Below the pieces are notes generated by a model, which made no database searches, was not told the DNA's origin, and saw only the letters and a list, made by a program, of their open reading frames with translations. Source: Nemertoderma westbladi (taxonomy: Eukaryota > Animalia > Xenacoelomorpha). Taken from it: a stretch of DNA of 64,000 nt. This document shows, piece after piece, positions 1 to 13,364 of this stretch (positions within the stretch are counted from its first letter, which is position 1; each line of letters begins with the position of its first letter). The translations under genes were made by a program, and so were the position numbers. Location: NCBI GenBank assembly GCA_032718475.1, contig JAUCBJ010007407.1:17060-81059 (forward strand), read 5' to 3'.

Positions 1-1347
1 GATCAAATAATTATATCCAGACAACCCCCCCCCCCCCTTTGTCAAGTCCTACGAATCCCTGGGTTAACCTGTACTTCCTACAGGTGCGAACTATTGCCAT
101 TCGTCAGTACGCGAGTACATATTAGGTACGGACAGCATATGTTCCATAATTTAGTGATTCATAGCACTGACTGTTTGGTACCGGTTCGCTTTGTAGAACG
201 TACATTAGTACCCCCCCCCCCCCCCCCCCTGTCTGGAGTTAGCTATTTGATCAGGCAAGGAGCATTTCTGCTACCGGCACACTGCTTGGCCTAGGGAGGT
301 TTATTAATATCCTACCGCGCCTTGCCACGTACTGATAGGTATTGCTGCTAACTACCGCAGCAACAAAGTTCTAGAATTAAATTAGTATACCAGATCAGCT
401 AACGTACGGTAGCGATTAACCCCTATTCTTATCTTACAACCAGAATCTGGTATTAGTGCCGATCACGGGTGTAGTTACTAACACTGTGGTTGCCCATTGG
501 GTTGTGGATAGGAAGGAGAGAGCTTTGACGTCATTCGTGAGTATAAAGTTCTACAAAACGCGACTAGTTTATTTTAGTAGCTAGCGCACGGTATCATTTT
601 AGTCAGAAAATCACTAAAACCTAGTAAAAGGAATTACACGAAATTGTTTTATTTGTAACACACCCACACACACACGCCCTAAAACATATTGCCCTTAAAG
701 TTCTACTAGCTATAGCGCACTATACATTACTTTAGGTGGAAATTGTCTGTATTTGTAAAATTAGGATCTGATTTAGTTGCGGCAAGATAGAGTATTTCAC
801 TTTCGTTATTAAACTGTTGATTTCTGTCCAGCAGTTATTGTTACATTTAGGCTTGACCCTTTAGACTGATTTCGTACAGGGGGATCAGTTATCGTTACAT
901 TTAGGCACGACCCCTTTTCGACTGATTTAGGACAGTCAGTGTTGTTACGCTAGGTCTGTTAACCCACTAGCTCGTATATAAACCATATAAATCACACCGC
1001 GGCAAGTTACTGTATTTAGGACTGTCAGTGATAGTTAGGATTCGCTGCGCGGGGATTGTTTTCCCGTGAGTTTGGTCTGTTACTGTAACTGTACATCTGC
1101 CTCACCGGTTAGAGGACAGGTATCCTTCTGTCTAGTACGTAGGCATTAGACCCGCTCACGTACATAGAATAGATACTAGGCTCTGTTCCTCGCCAGTAGT
1201 CGTTTGTGTATTGTATCTGTTTGTTTAGATATCCTGGACTGGGATTTGTTGTCAGATACTGTACAAGCCCGTATACATTACTAGAGTCTCATAGTAAGAT
1301 ACATCGTTACTAGGATCTGGTAAGTGGTATACTACTGGACCCTTACA
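1..1347 (+). mobile_element. Partial LTR of an element related to BEL element C, probably inserted into the protease region of element A (left end outside window)
   Basis: Shares blocks with the reverse complement of the C LTR (AACCATATAAATCACACCGCGGCAAG ~982, TTAGGATTCGCTGCGCGGG ~1036, TCATTCGTGAGTAT ~531, CTGCCTCACCGGTTA ~1097). Homology to the D polyprotein begins abruptly at ~1348, after ...CCTTACA. The right boundary is uncertain. Confidence 0.6.
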
Positions 1348-1385
1348 TACTCATCGGTCAAAACGCGCATGAAGCGCTCGAGACA

Positions 1386-4300
1386 TTGGAGAAACGGCCT
1401 GCTCAACCGCAACCACTACAAGCTTATGCGGGAAGAACTAGAGTGGGTTGGTACTTTACTGGCCCTTCCCGTAGAACTCTCATGGAAAGATTACCGAAAG
1501 ATCAGGTATATCAAGTAAGAGAATGGGAAGTTGAGAGCAGTGAGTTAAAAGATCCAACTGAGGGAACACCATACTCCTCAGATAATGACGATGTCCACCA
1601 ACTCTTCGACGAGGAGAATACCATTGATCTCCTTAAGGAAAACGAGACTTGGCAAAACCAAGTGAACTTATGTCAGCTCCTTCGTCCATCAGAACGAGAC
1701 GACTATAACAACGAACTTAATGACGTCATTGAACGTTATAATGCCAAGACTCGGGATGAACACGCCGTACGATTCTTTACTCAAGAGGCTGTAGAGCCCA
1801 ATTCCTACGATTAGGCCCTATCGGTAGAAGAAGAAAGAGCCAAGCAGATCCAAGAGACAACTACACGTTTTCTTAAAGATCAAGGTAGATATGAAATCGG
1901 TCTACCTTTCCGAAAGCGAGAACCAAAGTTCATAAACAACAGACCCTTGGCGGAGAAAAGAATTGCTCAACTACATCGACGCCTTACAGCAAATTCTTCA
2001 GCTAAAGAAATGTATCAAACGCAGTTGAAGAAATTTATTAGCAAGGGATATGCGGAGCGAGTACCGGAAGAAACAACTATAACTGAGAGAATGTATTATT
2101 TAACTCACCATTACGTTCCCAAACCCGGTAAACCCCATGAGGTACGAGTGGTGTTTGACGGCTCCGCCCTCTATATGGGCCAATCCCTTAATTCCGAATT
2201 GTTACCCGGACCCAACTTACTCCAATCCTTTTTGGGAATACTCTTAAGATTAAGACAATATTCAATCGCTTTCGCCTCAGATATAGAAGGCATGTTCTTA
2301 CAAGTCAAGGCGCTGGATAGGGATCGAGATAGCCTACGATTTCTGTGGTGGCCTGAAGGAGACCTCAACCAGAAACCGGTGGAGTACTGGATGACCATCC
2401 AGGCTTTTGGGATAATCTCAAGCCCTTCAAACGCCTGTTCAGTGGTGCGCACCACTGCGGATGACAACCGAGAAGCCTTCTCTAAAGAGGTGATTGACAA
2501 CATCAAACGGGATATATACATGGACGACAACCTAAAGTCCCTTCCATCAGTCGAAGAAGCATTTAATGTCGCTAAAGGAACGGTAGAGTGCTTAAAAAGA
2601 GGTGGATTTCGATTAACTAAATTCACCAGCAACTCCCGTGAGTTTCTGGAGTCGATCCCGGTAGAAGATCGAGGAGCGAAAGACCTAGATCTAATCAAAG
2701 ATGATCTTCCAGAAACCAAGACACTTGGTTTGAAATGGGACACAGAGAGAGATATCCTGTTTTTCCAGCTAAAACAGCGAGATAATCCAGTTCGGACTAA
2801 ACGGATTTGTTTAAGTATCCTGAGCACTTATTTCGATCCATTGGGATTTATTCGCCCAGTTATATTGATTGCTCGGAGTTTAGTACAACAAATGTGGCTT
2901 GAAAACCACTCATGGGACGATCCACTTAAGGGAGAATTATTAAAGAAGTGGATGAAATGGGAAGATTCTCTACCAGCCATCGAGAACTTTATAATTTCCC
3001 GTTCATATTTTGGTCATGCTCTCCCTACGTATTCCTATCAACTCCATGTGTTTGGAGACGCCAGCGATATGGGAATAGGTATAGTAGCCTACCTAAGAGT
3101 GGAAACTCCGGATGGAATCAAAGTCGCCTTGGTTACCTCTAAGGCATTGATAAACAACAAGTTGAAAGTTCCTCGAGCGGAGTTAAAAGCGGCTCTATAC
3201 GCTACAGCCATCGGCCAGAATGTAACAGAACAGATCGACTATCCACTGGAGAAAACTGTCTATTGGACCGATGCTTTACTCGTGTTGGAGTATATAACCA
3301 ATGAAGTCTGTCAGTTCAGTGTCTTCGTTACCTACAGAGTAGCCATTATACTTAGTCGCACGAAGATGGATCAATGGAGACATTGCCCCGGAACGATCAA
3401 TCCAGCAGACATCGCCTCCAGGGGAGCTACTCCACAAGAACTGGTAGATACTCCAGACTGGTTAGGTGGACCCGACTTCCTCTACAAAGAAGAAGAAGAA
3501 TGGCCTCCTCATCTTACTACGGCAGAGATCAGACAGGCCAAGGGAGCGGAGAAAGTCAAACCTAAAACTCGGGCGAGTAAATCGAAGTTATTTAAACCTA
3601 TGGTAGATCTGTCTGTACTACACACTTCCGGAGACGACGCTTTGGATCCGAAACCCACAGCCATAAATAAGTCTGTTGTGGAAATCCATGAGAAGGATTG
3701 GAAATCTGGAATACCAGACGTCTCGCAAGGACTCTCACCTCTCCTGCAGAGAGCGATACATCACTACAGTTCCTGGAATCGGCTCTGTAAGGCCGTCACA
3801 TATTTAAAACGATGTTTTCATCATCACTACTCCGGGACGAAGACCAATAGTGATACCGCTCCACTAACATCGGTGCAGGTCCATGTTGTTAAAGGTCTTC
3901 CCAAATATAAGATATCCGTCAGGTTTCTGAAGGAGAAGATCAGTTATCAGGAGCATGAAGAAACCAACAAGCAGATGCTGAGACTCCTGCAATGCTATGA
4001 GGATTCCGATAAGTATTTCCTGTTGTTGAGAAATCCACAGATGCGCTTAAGGGATCATTTCTCTAGCACAATGATAGATGGGTTGATACGTGTTGGAGGA
4101 AGATTAACGAATGCTCCATTATCCTTTGACACTAAATTTCCCATACTTATTAGAAATCTTGAGATACAAGTCAAGATGATTGTAGATGTTCACAGCAAAC
4201 TTTATCATGCTGGTAGAGAACGAGTTCTTAGCGAAATTCGAACTCGCTATTATTTTTATAAACCCCGTAGAGCTCTGAATCAAGTTCTTAGGAACTGCAT

Positions 4301-5393
4301 ACCCTGTAGGAAAGCATTCAGTAGGCCTTTAACACGAGAACGAGTAAGCTTCTATGAACCACCCTTTACTAATACCGGTGTAGATTTATTTGGCCCTATT
4401 GAAGTATATCGTGCTAGGACTATAGTCAAGAGATGGTGTGTCATCTTTGTTTGTATGACTTGTAGATCATCCATCTTGTCTATCCATCTCGATATGGTGA
4501 ACGATTTATCTACCAACAGTTTCCTATTAAGCTTACGACGACAGATCGCTCGCTTTGGAACCAGTAACACGATGAGATCTGATAAGGGAACAAACTTCAT
4601 TGGTGCCAACAATGAAATCAAAGCTTACGTCAAAGATTGGAACCAAAGACAGGTGGACGATAAGCTACGAGTAACAGCGTCTAGCTGGACCTTCAACGCC
4701 GCCGACGCCCCTTGGTGGGGAGGAAGTTGGGAGAGATTAATAAGAAGTGTGAAGACCGCATTTCACTTTATAGTGCCGTGCCGCGCGTATCTCACCGACG
4801 AACTTTTGTGGACGTTAATGGAGGAAATCGCCTCCTATCTCAACGAGAGACCGCTTATGCCAGTCTCATCGAGTCCCGATTCCCTGGAAGCGCTAACACC
4901 CGCGCACTTCCTACTGAAGAAACCTGTAGCCATGCTCCCACAATCGGAAATCACAGACGGAGACGAATACTGCCGGCAAACTTGGCAACTCATGCAGTTG
5001 TTATCCCGTCGTTTTGCTGACCATTTCGAAAAACATTATCTGCCCACGCTACAACTTCGAACTAAGTGGTTTGCGCAGCAAGAAAACGTCAGCGCTGGAG
5101 ACATGGTCCTTATTGTGGATGCAGATCTTCCACGTAAGCGGTGGCAGACAGGTCGTATCATCGAGACTCACATCTCGGATGACGGTTTGGTGCGATCGGT
5201 AGAACTTGTCGTCATGCGACGTAACTTCAAGAAACCGGGAATTGTCTTCGAGACACAGCAGCTCAATCGCCCAGTTGGTCGCTTATGTTTACTGGAAAGA
5301 GACAGAGAACTCTCCGGAAACTATGGAAGACAAGATACTCTTCCCACGACCACCTCCCTAATCCAACAAACATCTAGGGACTCCCCAGCTTAG
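1386..5393 (+). CDS. pol: BEL/Pao pol (RT, RNase H, integrase), with one in-frame TAG at 1812-1814
   Basis: RT motifs YYLTHH, RVVFDGS, DIEGMFLQV and IYMDD. RNase H motifs FGDAS, PRAEL and NPADIASRG. Integrase H-x3-H...CIPC, GVDLFGP, SDKGTNF and WGGSWER, with a C-terminal DUF5641-like region. ORFs 1386-1814 and 1947-5393 are in the same frame. Confidence 0.95.
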
Positions 5394-5944
5394 CAGCGTC
5401 TGGAGTGGGTGTGTGAACATATTATTTTATATTCTTATTATTTTATATTTATGTATGTATTATTATGTAATTTTATTATAATCGTTTTCTTTAATTTTAT
5501 TTAGTAGAATGTTATTTTAGCGATTATTTAGTAGATTAGTGCAATATATATTTGCGTTTATTATTTAATTACTTATATATTATATATTTAGTGCGATGGC
5601 GGGAAATAATTCTTTTTCTCTTTCCTTACTGTCCGTATTATATTACAAATACGTAACTACAGTAAGATGAAATATCCGTACTTATTAAAGTACAATAAAG
5701 CTCCTACTATATTCAAGTATTATTGGTAAAGTAGAGTATTAGGAATGCAAAATTCAGATCCTCGTATCTCGGCTAAACCAAGCTCTGGGTAGACCTTGGA
5801 AACGACTTGCCTCTTCTCACTGACACTGCTTCGTGCGATATTGCTCTCATACCGTATATTAAATAATACATATAGTAGCGTGATGTCCCTTTAACAGTAG
5901 CATACAACGCAAATAAATCTGTTAAACCCTTTGACCATCTGCAA

Positions 5945-6207
5945 TTCTAGTCGATTAAGATATCGCGTCACCCACCGATATACTTGAAAGACAAAATTCT
6001 AGAATCAGTGGTTAACGTCCCCAGACAAGTTCTGGAATAAACTGGTGCCCATCCTAAATATTAATTATTAATATTTACAAAATTGTCAAATTTTAGATCC
6101 TTTAAAATTCTAGTCTATTAAGATATCGTAGCACTTACCGATATTCTTAAAAAGACCAATTTCCTAGAATCAAGGATCCTAGTCCCCAGACATGTTCTGG
6201 AATAAAA
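5945..6207 (+). repeat. Two imperfect ~160-bp tandem units in the 3' UTR of A (also in D, ~45985-46250)
   Basis: TTCTAGTC(G/T)ATTAAGATATCG...GTCCCCAGACA(A/T)GTTCTGGAATAAA occurs twice. Confidence 0.7.
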
Positions 6208-7023
6208 TTGTGTCTATTCAATATTCAATAATAAAATTTACGGGAATAAATTTAAATTCATATTTTAATGAATTTGATAAATTGTCATCTTTATACAATT
6301 TATAACATTCCCAAAATTCCATTAATTAATAGATCATGAGAGCGGAGATTCACCCTATTAAGTATGTTAGTGTGCAAGAATCTCCAATATATAGTCAATA
6401 GCCGATAAAATTCATAAAATCATGTATAAAGAGGAATATTGACAATTAAAGAATTACTATTAAATAGCATCCCAGATCTGTATGCATGAGAATTACCCTA
6501 ATTCTACCGCTAGCTTTCCATAATGTCACCATGGCAACAACCACGCGTGAATTAGAAGTGAGTTAAAAGAACAATAAAGCTTGCCCATTGAATAGCATAA
6601 GGAATAAATAGCACACTGCTAGTATCCCAGGATACCCTATAATAACGTGGCATTCTGGAAGGCACTGACTAACGGACAAATGGCCCGAATGTGTGCGATT
6701 TGTGACAGTTGTGTGGAATTTGTGTGTTTATAGGTGAATGTTACTACTAAAGTGTGTTTACAGTAGCGAGTCGCAATTGTGAAAGTAGCCCTAACTCTCC
6801 AGTAAGAACCTGAAGTAAATCTAAGCCTTTGGGACGGTCGGTGGAGTGACTCGCGCTGGTTGTTGTGGTCGTTGTGCAGCTACGACGTTGGCGATAGGCA
6901 CATCGGCGAAAGTACACCAGCGCTGAGGATCTTGCGCTGTCCGGGGGCCGAGAGGGGTAGGCAGCGACGCCCGCTAGCCTAAATATAAACTCATTATAAT
7001 ATTGATAAACTCATATAGCAGAT

Positions 7024-8382
7024 ATGACTGAGTTGATAGAAGATGATCTTGGTATCAGGGAGCGATATATTCTACCTTTACAAGCGTTTGTTGATAGCTT
7101 GATACGCGGCGACGCTGGTCCAACTACTCCGGAGGACGATGGTCGTTATATCGAACCGCCGATGTCCCAGGAGCAACTTACGCGTGAATTGGACTATAGA
7201 AAATTCACTGCTCGCTATACGCATTGTAATGGTACGTATATGGACTTCTTAACTACTGGCCATCCTATCGATTTACACGATACGGACGATATCGACACCG
7301 AAAGGGAAATGGTCCTGTTTAAATATCATACCCAGCGGAGTCGGAACGATAAATTGAGAATCGAATGCGAAAATTCCATTCGAAATCGACTCGAAAGAGA
7401 AGACGTTAAAGAACCGGATAAACGCGGTAACTCCAACGTATATTTGGAATTCTTGAGAGAAACATTGTAAAACCGAATAAATATCACCCGCGTTTCCCCT
7501 ACAAGACGTGCGTCTTTGGTATTATTGCAATGAATGCCCAAGACCCAACCAACAAACGGAAAGACATAAACATCCGTAGAGACGTTGCTTTAAACACGGT
7601 TTTACTCGCTATATTTACAGGAGTTTCAAGCGAAACTTGTTCGATGTATCACCTACGCTCGCTCGATTCAAACAATCCTTAAATAAACCTATGATCAGAG
7701 TTCCGGAATACTCGGTCAGACCTCCTCATTCCCTAGTTAGACCTCAGACTCTTGATCCTAATAGTATCATGGATCCTCCCGAACTGTACTCACTGTTCAA
7801 AGATCTAGTGCTACCCGAACAGTTAGTCGGTGGCACTCCGGTTGTGGGCTCCCTAAATATTCGCCCATCTTACCTAGTCGGATTGGGATGCGGACATCTA
7901 ATATCGTCATTCAACCGTATCATCGCCCCTGTTTAACCCGATACAACCTGTCACCGAGGCGGAGGAAAGAGTTATACGAAACGCGTTGGACACTATTCGT
8001 CAAAAGATCGGAAAATGAACCTACAATTGTTTAGAGAAACGTAAATTACAGTAGCAAGTCCAAGCGGTAAACGAATTAACTTTATCTCAGTTCGATCAGG
8101 AAAGTCAGAATCTCTAAGAAGATATCGAACTTGGACGACCCTATTCTCTGCAAGAGTTTTGGACTAACGCATCGAAAGATAAGCGGAGGAAAATCAGATC
8201 GAGGAGAAGCATATCGAAATGGACGAGACATCGACCGTAACCCTAAACCTTCAGATGCAATTGTATTGCACCCTTTACCCAGGAGTTACAGCCCTCCTAG
8301 TAAAGTGGCTCGCCCCAAAGAGAAAAGGACTCTTGCTAGCCTCAAAAAACTGCGTAAACGCCGTCCGCGTAAGAAAGACTAA
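7024..8382 (+). pseudogene. 3' accessory ORF of element A (disrupted): N-terminal 148 aa plus basic C-terminal segment
   Basis: 7024-7470 is highly similar to D 44776-45174 (MTELIE.DLGIRERY). 8131-8382 ends KKLRKRRPRKKD, like D 43727-44059. Confidence 0.7.
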
Positions 8383-8442
8383 CTGTTTAGAGTATTTTTA
8401 TATTTTAGAAACTGTGATTTTTTATATTTTATAGACTAAAAT

Positions 8443-8460
8443 CCCATTTTCTGGGAGCGG
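8443..8460 (+). other. PPT region of element A
   Basis: CCCATTTTCTGGGAGCGG abuts the LTR TGT; the same sequence abuts the 3' LTR of D. Confidence 0.75.
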
Positions 8461-9626
8461 TGTAAAAGCTTTTGCGGAATTAGCCGGTTATTTTCCCCGT
8501 AAAGTACTCTGTAGTTGGTTTAACAGGCATAAAAAGCCGTATCCTTACTGTACTGGTGTTTTAGGGGACATAAAAAGCCATTTCTTCTGTATGTGTACTT
8601 TAGCGGACATAATTAGCAATTCTATGACGCAATGCGCTAGATCCTCTTGAAACAGTGTAGTTACTATGACGACAGCTAACAGCTGAGCTGTACACGTGTA
8701 GCTTTTTCCTTGTTCTCTGGTGTTTCTTTGTTCGGTCAACCAATCAGAGCGATTCTCCTGCTTTTTGTACAGAAACCTCCGGGAAATCGCGCAATGCATT
8801 ATGGGTCAATGTTTACATTTTGTCCTGAGCCCAGAAGACCGGCTTTTGGAATCTCTGTGTTTTCAGTCTTTAGCCCAACATTAGTAGGCTTAATTATAGA
8901 ACGTATATCTGTTATCTCACTCACCTAATCATATTGTCAACTACAAACACCGCATTTTTACTGCTATTTACTGTCGGTTGTTCATTATATCAGTTGATGG
9001 AATATTGTTATATTTGGATAATATCAATCAATAATCAGACACCCCAATCTTCTTGATATACTGAAGGTTAGAGAGACCGGTTACATATAACGATTGCGAC
9101 TCACATAAAAGTGGTTTGAAGTGAATCTAATGCTATTTCATAGGCACTACATGTATTGGCTGTTGTTCTCTTTATATGTGACTAAAATTAGTGAAGGTCG
9201 GCAGATCGGTGTGCAGCTTTGTGCAGTATTGTGTATGATTGTGACTGATAACAAAGCATCTCCTAAAGAATGCGCCATATACGTGAATCTATAGCCACCC
9301 CGTTGTGTCTAGTTTAAGTCATAACTCTGTTTACATATTTAGAGCGCCACGTCCTAAAGGAACTGTTAATATTTCCCGAAAGTGATTAATATTTGTCAGA
9401 GATTATATATTACGATCAGTCGAATAATACAGTAGGCCTACACCGCAAAACGGTTAGGCTTCCGAATCCAGTCTCCCGGGTATATCCAGCGGGTGAATGG
9501 TCGCGCATAGACTGGCTTCGGCTAATGTAGTGTATCAAATACTTGTCATAGGCTAAAGACGATTTATTATCTAGAAGACATCCCAATTTGGCAGTTTAAA
9601 CTGCTAAAGGTCTAAAAGCGCGAACA
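8461..9626 (+). repeat. 3' LTR of element A (TGTAAAAG...GCGAACA)
   Basis: Same termini as, and colinear with, the reverse complement of the D LTRs. Confidence 0.9.
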
Positions 9627-11875
9627 GTAGCTAACCTTTCCTTGTGCTTCAACGCCTTGTACTCACTACACCAAAACACTGTATGTGTACCACCGCAATA
9701 AACACAGACAATCACTCTTTTGTTCTGCTACCGGTACCTTCGTACCTGTACTCTTTTCACTCTCAGACGTCCCGCATACCTGATTACTGGAAGGCCTACC
9801 AGTACCGATACTCTCAGCTGCACTGTCCATCTGCATACTGGATTTAAACACCGAAGCATTCTTGCGATTGAAGTCACCACTTTTCTTCCCACTACTAGCG
9901 CCATATTTCTCCCCCTCTTTACTATGGCCCGGTGTGACTTCAGATAATTCAATAGTGCTGGGCTCAAATGAGGCCTTAACTCGCCTTCTCAACCAACTCT
10001 CCATACTCATAAATAAGTGAAGGCTCATTACCCCCTTCCCTAATAATCAGGCACTGCTCTCTCCACCTTCTCTGCACATAAGCCGGCATCCTCAGATACA
10101 CCTTACGCAATGTCTCAGCTGAGTGTAAGTCAGCCACATTGTTCATCTGATCCAAAGTATACACACACAGAGAAATGTTTGATAACAGTTGTCTCAGACC
10201 CAGCCTATCCAACTCTGCTACCTGTCTTCCATTCGTAACAGTACCAATGAAAACGCGTGAAATAATTGCTGGATGAGCAAACATCTCTTTCAAAGTTTTC
10301 CAAACAACCGCATAGGCTCGGCCATTACAACCGAAACCCGACACCGCATGTTTCGCCTTCCCATCCAGCTGCCCTTGCAACATCGCTAACTGTCTAGAAT
10401 CAGTGTAGTGCACCCTCGTATGCACAAGTTCATGGAACCACTCAACAAACTGTGGCCACGCTACAGGGTCACCACTAAACCGCAGTAGGTGGATATCCGG
10501 TACACCCCTCTCATCACTCAAACGCAGTAGGGCAACCTCAACACCACGTCCTCCAGCAGTCTCTGGGTCCGGAATAATGGTCTCTTCTCCTTCTACTAAC
10601 TCATCTATCCAATCATGTGTTCCTACAGGGTGGCCTCCTCTCACCCTACAATCGCCCCTAGACCCTGTGTCTCCCTCAGAAACACGTCTACTCCTCACTC
10701 CCTCATCAACCCTCCGACTCCCATAACCAGGGCCTCTGTCTCTGTCCCATCGCCTATTGTTCAACCCAGTCTCACCCTGTGGAGCACAACCTCCATCCAC
10801 TCTATCCCGACTACCCTGCTCTGAAATGGGTTCCTGTTTGCTTTCCACAGGCCAAGCATCACCCTGCAGGCCCCCCATATCAACTCTTGCACCCGAATGC
10901 ATAGGAACCTGTTCCACTTTCTCCCCTCCCAGCCAAACACCCCCCTGTTGAAATACAGGGCCCTGATGGCCACCTACATCGACCATCCTCACATTTTCGA
11001 CATTGTTTCCCAGCACTGTGAGGTGCTGTTCAACCGCTGTCACCAGCCCCCCCCCCCCTCAAACTCTTGCAACCTCACCCTCTGCTCATCCTCTACATCT
11101 CCTCTCAATCCTTGCTTGTACAACCCAGCTTCATAAGCTTTCTCTGCATGTTCCCATGCTAACACCTCTTCCCATTGCACCCTTATCTCCTCTACTCTTG
11201 CTTTTCTCCTCTCCTCTCTTGCAATCTCTTTCTTCTTACGCAATTCCTTGTCTACTTCTAACCGCTCAACCTCCCTCTTTCGGTCTACTTCTATCCGTTC
11301 AACCTCCCTCTTACTACAAGCCCGTTCTTTCTGTAACCGAAACTCAGCCATCTTCGCTTCCCCCTCTAGCCTTCTCGCCTCAGACATACCACTATATCCC
11401 GAAGCCTGTGAACTTCCTTTCACCACTTTGCCTGTATGGACCGATCTACCACTCTCCTTACTGTATGTAGACAGAGTCCCACTACCTTTTCCTGTTACTC
11501 TCCGTACACTAACACATCCCAAGGTATGTGTGCCACAATTCTCCTTCTAGCCTCCTCATATGTGCCCGCAATCCATCCTCGTTCTCCAGGTGTAATATCT
11601 CCACTCAAATATGCCGCTTTCACCCGCAATCCTGCCTGTTCCAACAACCGGCCTAAACTATCCGCACCAGCTACCGCATCTACACCTCCCCCTCCAGCGA
11701 TGAATGCCCGCACCTCATCCTCAACTTTCTCCAACTTCTCCAATTCCACCTTAAACCTATCCATGGGCCTCACTTCCTCACTCTGCCCACCTGCCAGTAC
11801 ACACACACTCGCTACCCTCTGCGCAATAGTTGGCCCAGAATTATCAGGGGACGACACCTCTTCACTATTATCCAT
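9627..11875 (-). pseudogene. gag: BEL/Pao gag of element B (disrupted; interrupted by insertion of A)
   Basis: Coiled coil, a DUF1759-like FSGDPVAWPQF motif and a CVYCGGTHTVFWC knuckle running up to the A LTR. Several frameshifts, including the poly-C at ~11050. Confidence 0.85.
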
Positions 11876-12259
11876 GGCACACACTACACAAGAAACAGTC
11901 ACTCACCCGAGATCGGCCGACAACAAAGGTAGGGCCGTTAGCTGACAGTGTCTGACAGAGTGGTAGGGATGTAGATAAAATAAATAAGGTGTGGCAATAA
12001 AATAAAGTTATAAAAACATAAGGTTATAAAAACAATCATATAAAGTTCTGTATATTTACATACTTAAGGTTATCATGGTTTACAATATGATGTTACAATC
12101 AGTAAAAATATTATGACAATATAGTGAATATAATATAAATAATTAAGGCATAATAATAAACGCATAATCAACCGCAATATAAATTGCCCAAACTATGTCG
12201 CTAAAATAATAATAATAATAAAAAATATCCTTCTGCTTGGCTGGGGTTCTGTAGGCTAC

Positions 12260-12770
12260 TGAAGAAATGAAACCAAGAATATCGGTTTATATACAACAAA
12301 TCCAATATTATATACTAAAAATGTGTTAATTAATAACCGAGCAATAAACTGCACTGTTACTCCTACAAACATCCGGGCTGGCTATAACCAGTTTGACCTT
12401 TACGACAATAGAGTAACACAACTGAGTGCATCTCCACATAAAGAACTATAGATACAACAACAAGCGAAGCACACACCACAAAGGCACTCCAATATACCCG
12501 CCCGGGTTGAAATTCTTGGTATATTTCCTAAGTTCTAAACAAGTCTGCTTAGAAAGTCTTAGAACGCTTAGCAACGCTGGTGCAAAGGGTGAGTAAAGTA
12601 CTAACAAATTTTCCAATTTCATAAAAAGGACATTGCAAGTTTATAATGTTTAGCAAGTTGTTGCTATGTGACTGACAAGTATTACAGGATATATAAACGT
12701 GCTTTATATGTAACCGATGATATATGCAAGCACTTTAGAAGTGTAATGAACTAATAACATGCGCATTACA
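12260..12770 (-). repeat. Probable 5' LTR of element B
   Basis: Lies upstream of gag, with TGTAATG...TTCA on the minus strand. There is no second copy in the window to confirm the ends. Confidence 0.35.
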
Positions 12771-13364
12771 AATCGAGCATATATCTGTTCCTATATATTC
12801 CTGGCACTAGTTCGAACCTGCGTCGCTAATTTTTTTAAGTAATAATTATTTTAGAAAAATAAATGTTGTGGGAATAGTGGTGGTTAGCTTTCAAATGAAA
12901 GTAAATTATGACCCCCCCCCCCCCCCCCCCCCAATGACATATGTAAACAAAACAAATTAATACAGAGACTGTTAATGTTTTTAATATAAACAACATATCA
13001 ACAAACATATTATTACGCTCTACATTACATAGATATATACACATCAGATATAAACGCGTAAATACTGTAGGTCTACACTAAAACACAGTTACGTCGGAAA
13101 AATTTAACCAAAAAGTTTAAAAATGGGATTCCTCATTTCTGTTTATGCAATAAAACTATTTAATTCAAATTTTTAATCTTATCAAGCGCTACAGTAGATT
13201 ACGACTTGGAGCACAAAATAAAATACAAAATTTATCACCCGTCATATAAAGTTACCAATAACATATATTATATTCTAACTATGGATTGCAGCAATTGTAT
13301 TTTGAACATTAAGGTTAACTTTTCCCAACGAAGATAGTGGTTCAATGAACCAATTAACATTAAC

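Larger units (their letters stand above)
1348..9626 (+). mobile_element. BEL/Pao LTR retrotransposon A (3' portion: pol, 3-kb 3' region with accessory ORF, 3' LTR)
   Basis: BEL-type pol. The 3' UTR, accessory ORF, PPT and LTR are homologous to element D. The LTR ends inside the gag zinc knuckle of element B. Confidence 0.9.

Noticed and set aside
1191-1210. Alternative LTR end/PBS (CTCGCCA|GTAGTCGTTTG)
   Set aside because: No complementary segment is visible in the window, and the junction with A at ~1347 is a simpler boundary; unresolved.
2171-2827. Antisense ORFs overlapping pol/gag (here and throughout C and D)
   Set aside because: Expected shadows of long coding frames; no motifs.
7024-7470. 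env gene in the 3' region
   Set aside because: No signal peptide, fusion peptide or transmembrane helix.
12808-12836. Isolated B-box (GTTCGAACC) plus T-run
   Set aside because: No convincing A box or tRNA fold; at most a SINE remnant.
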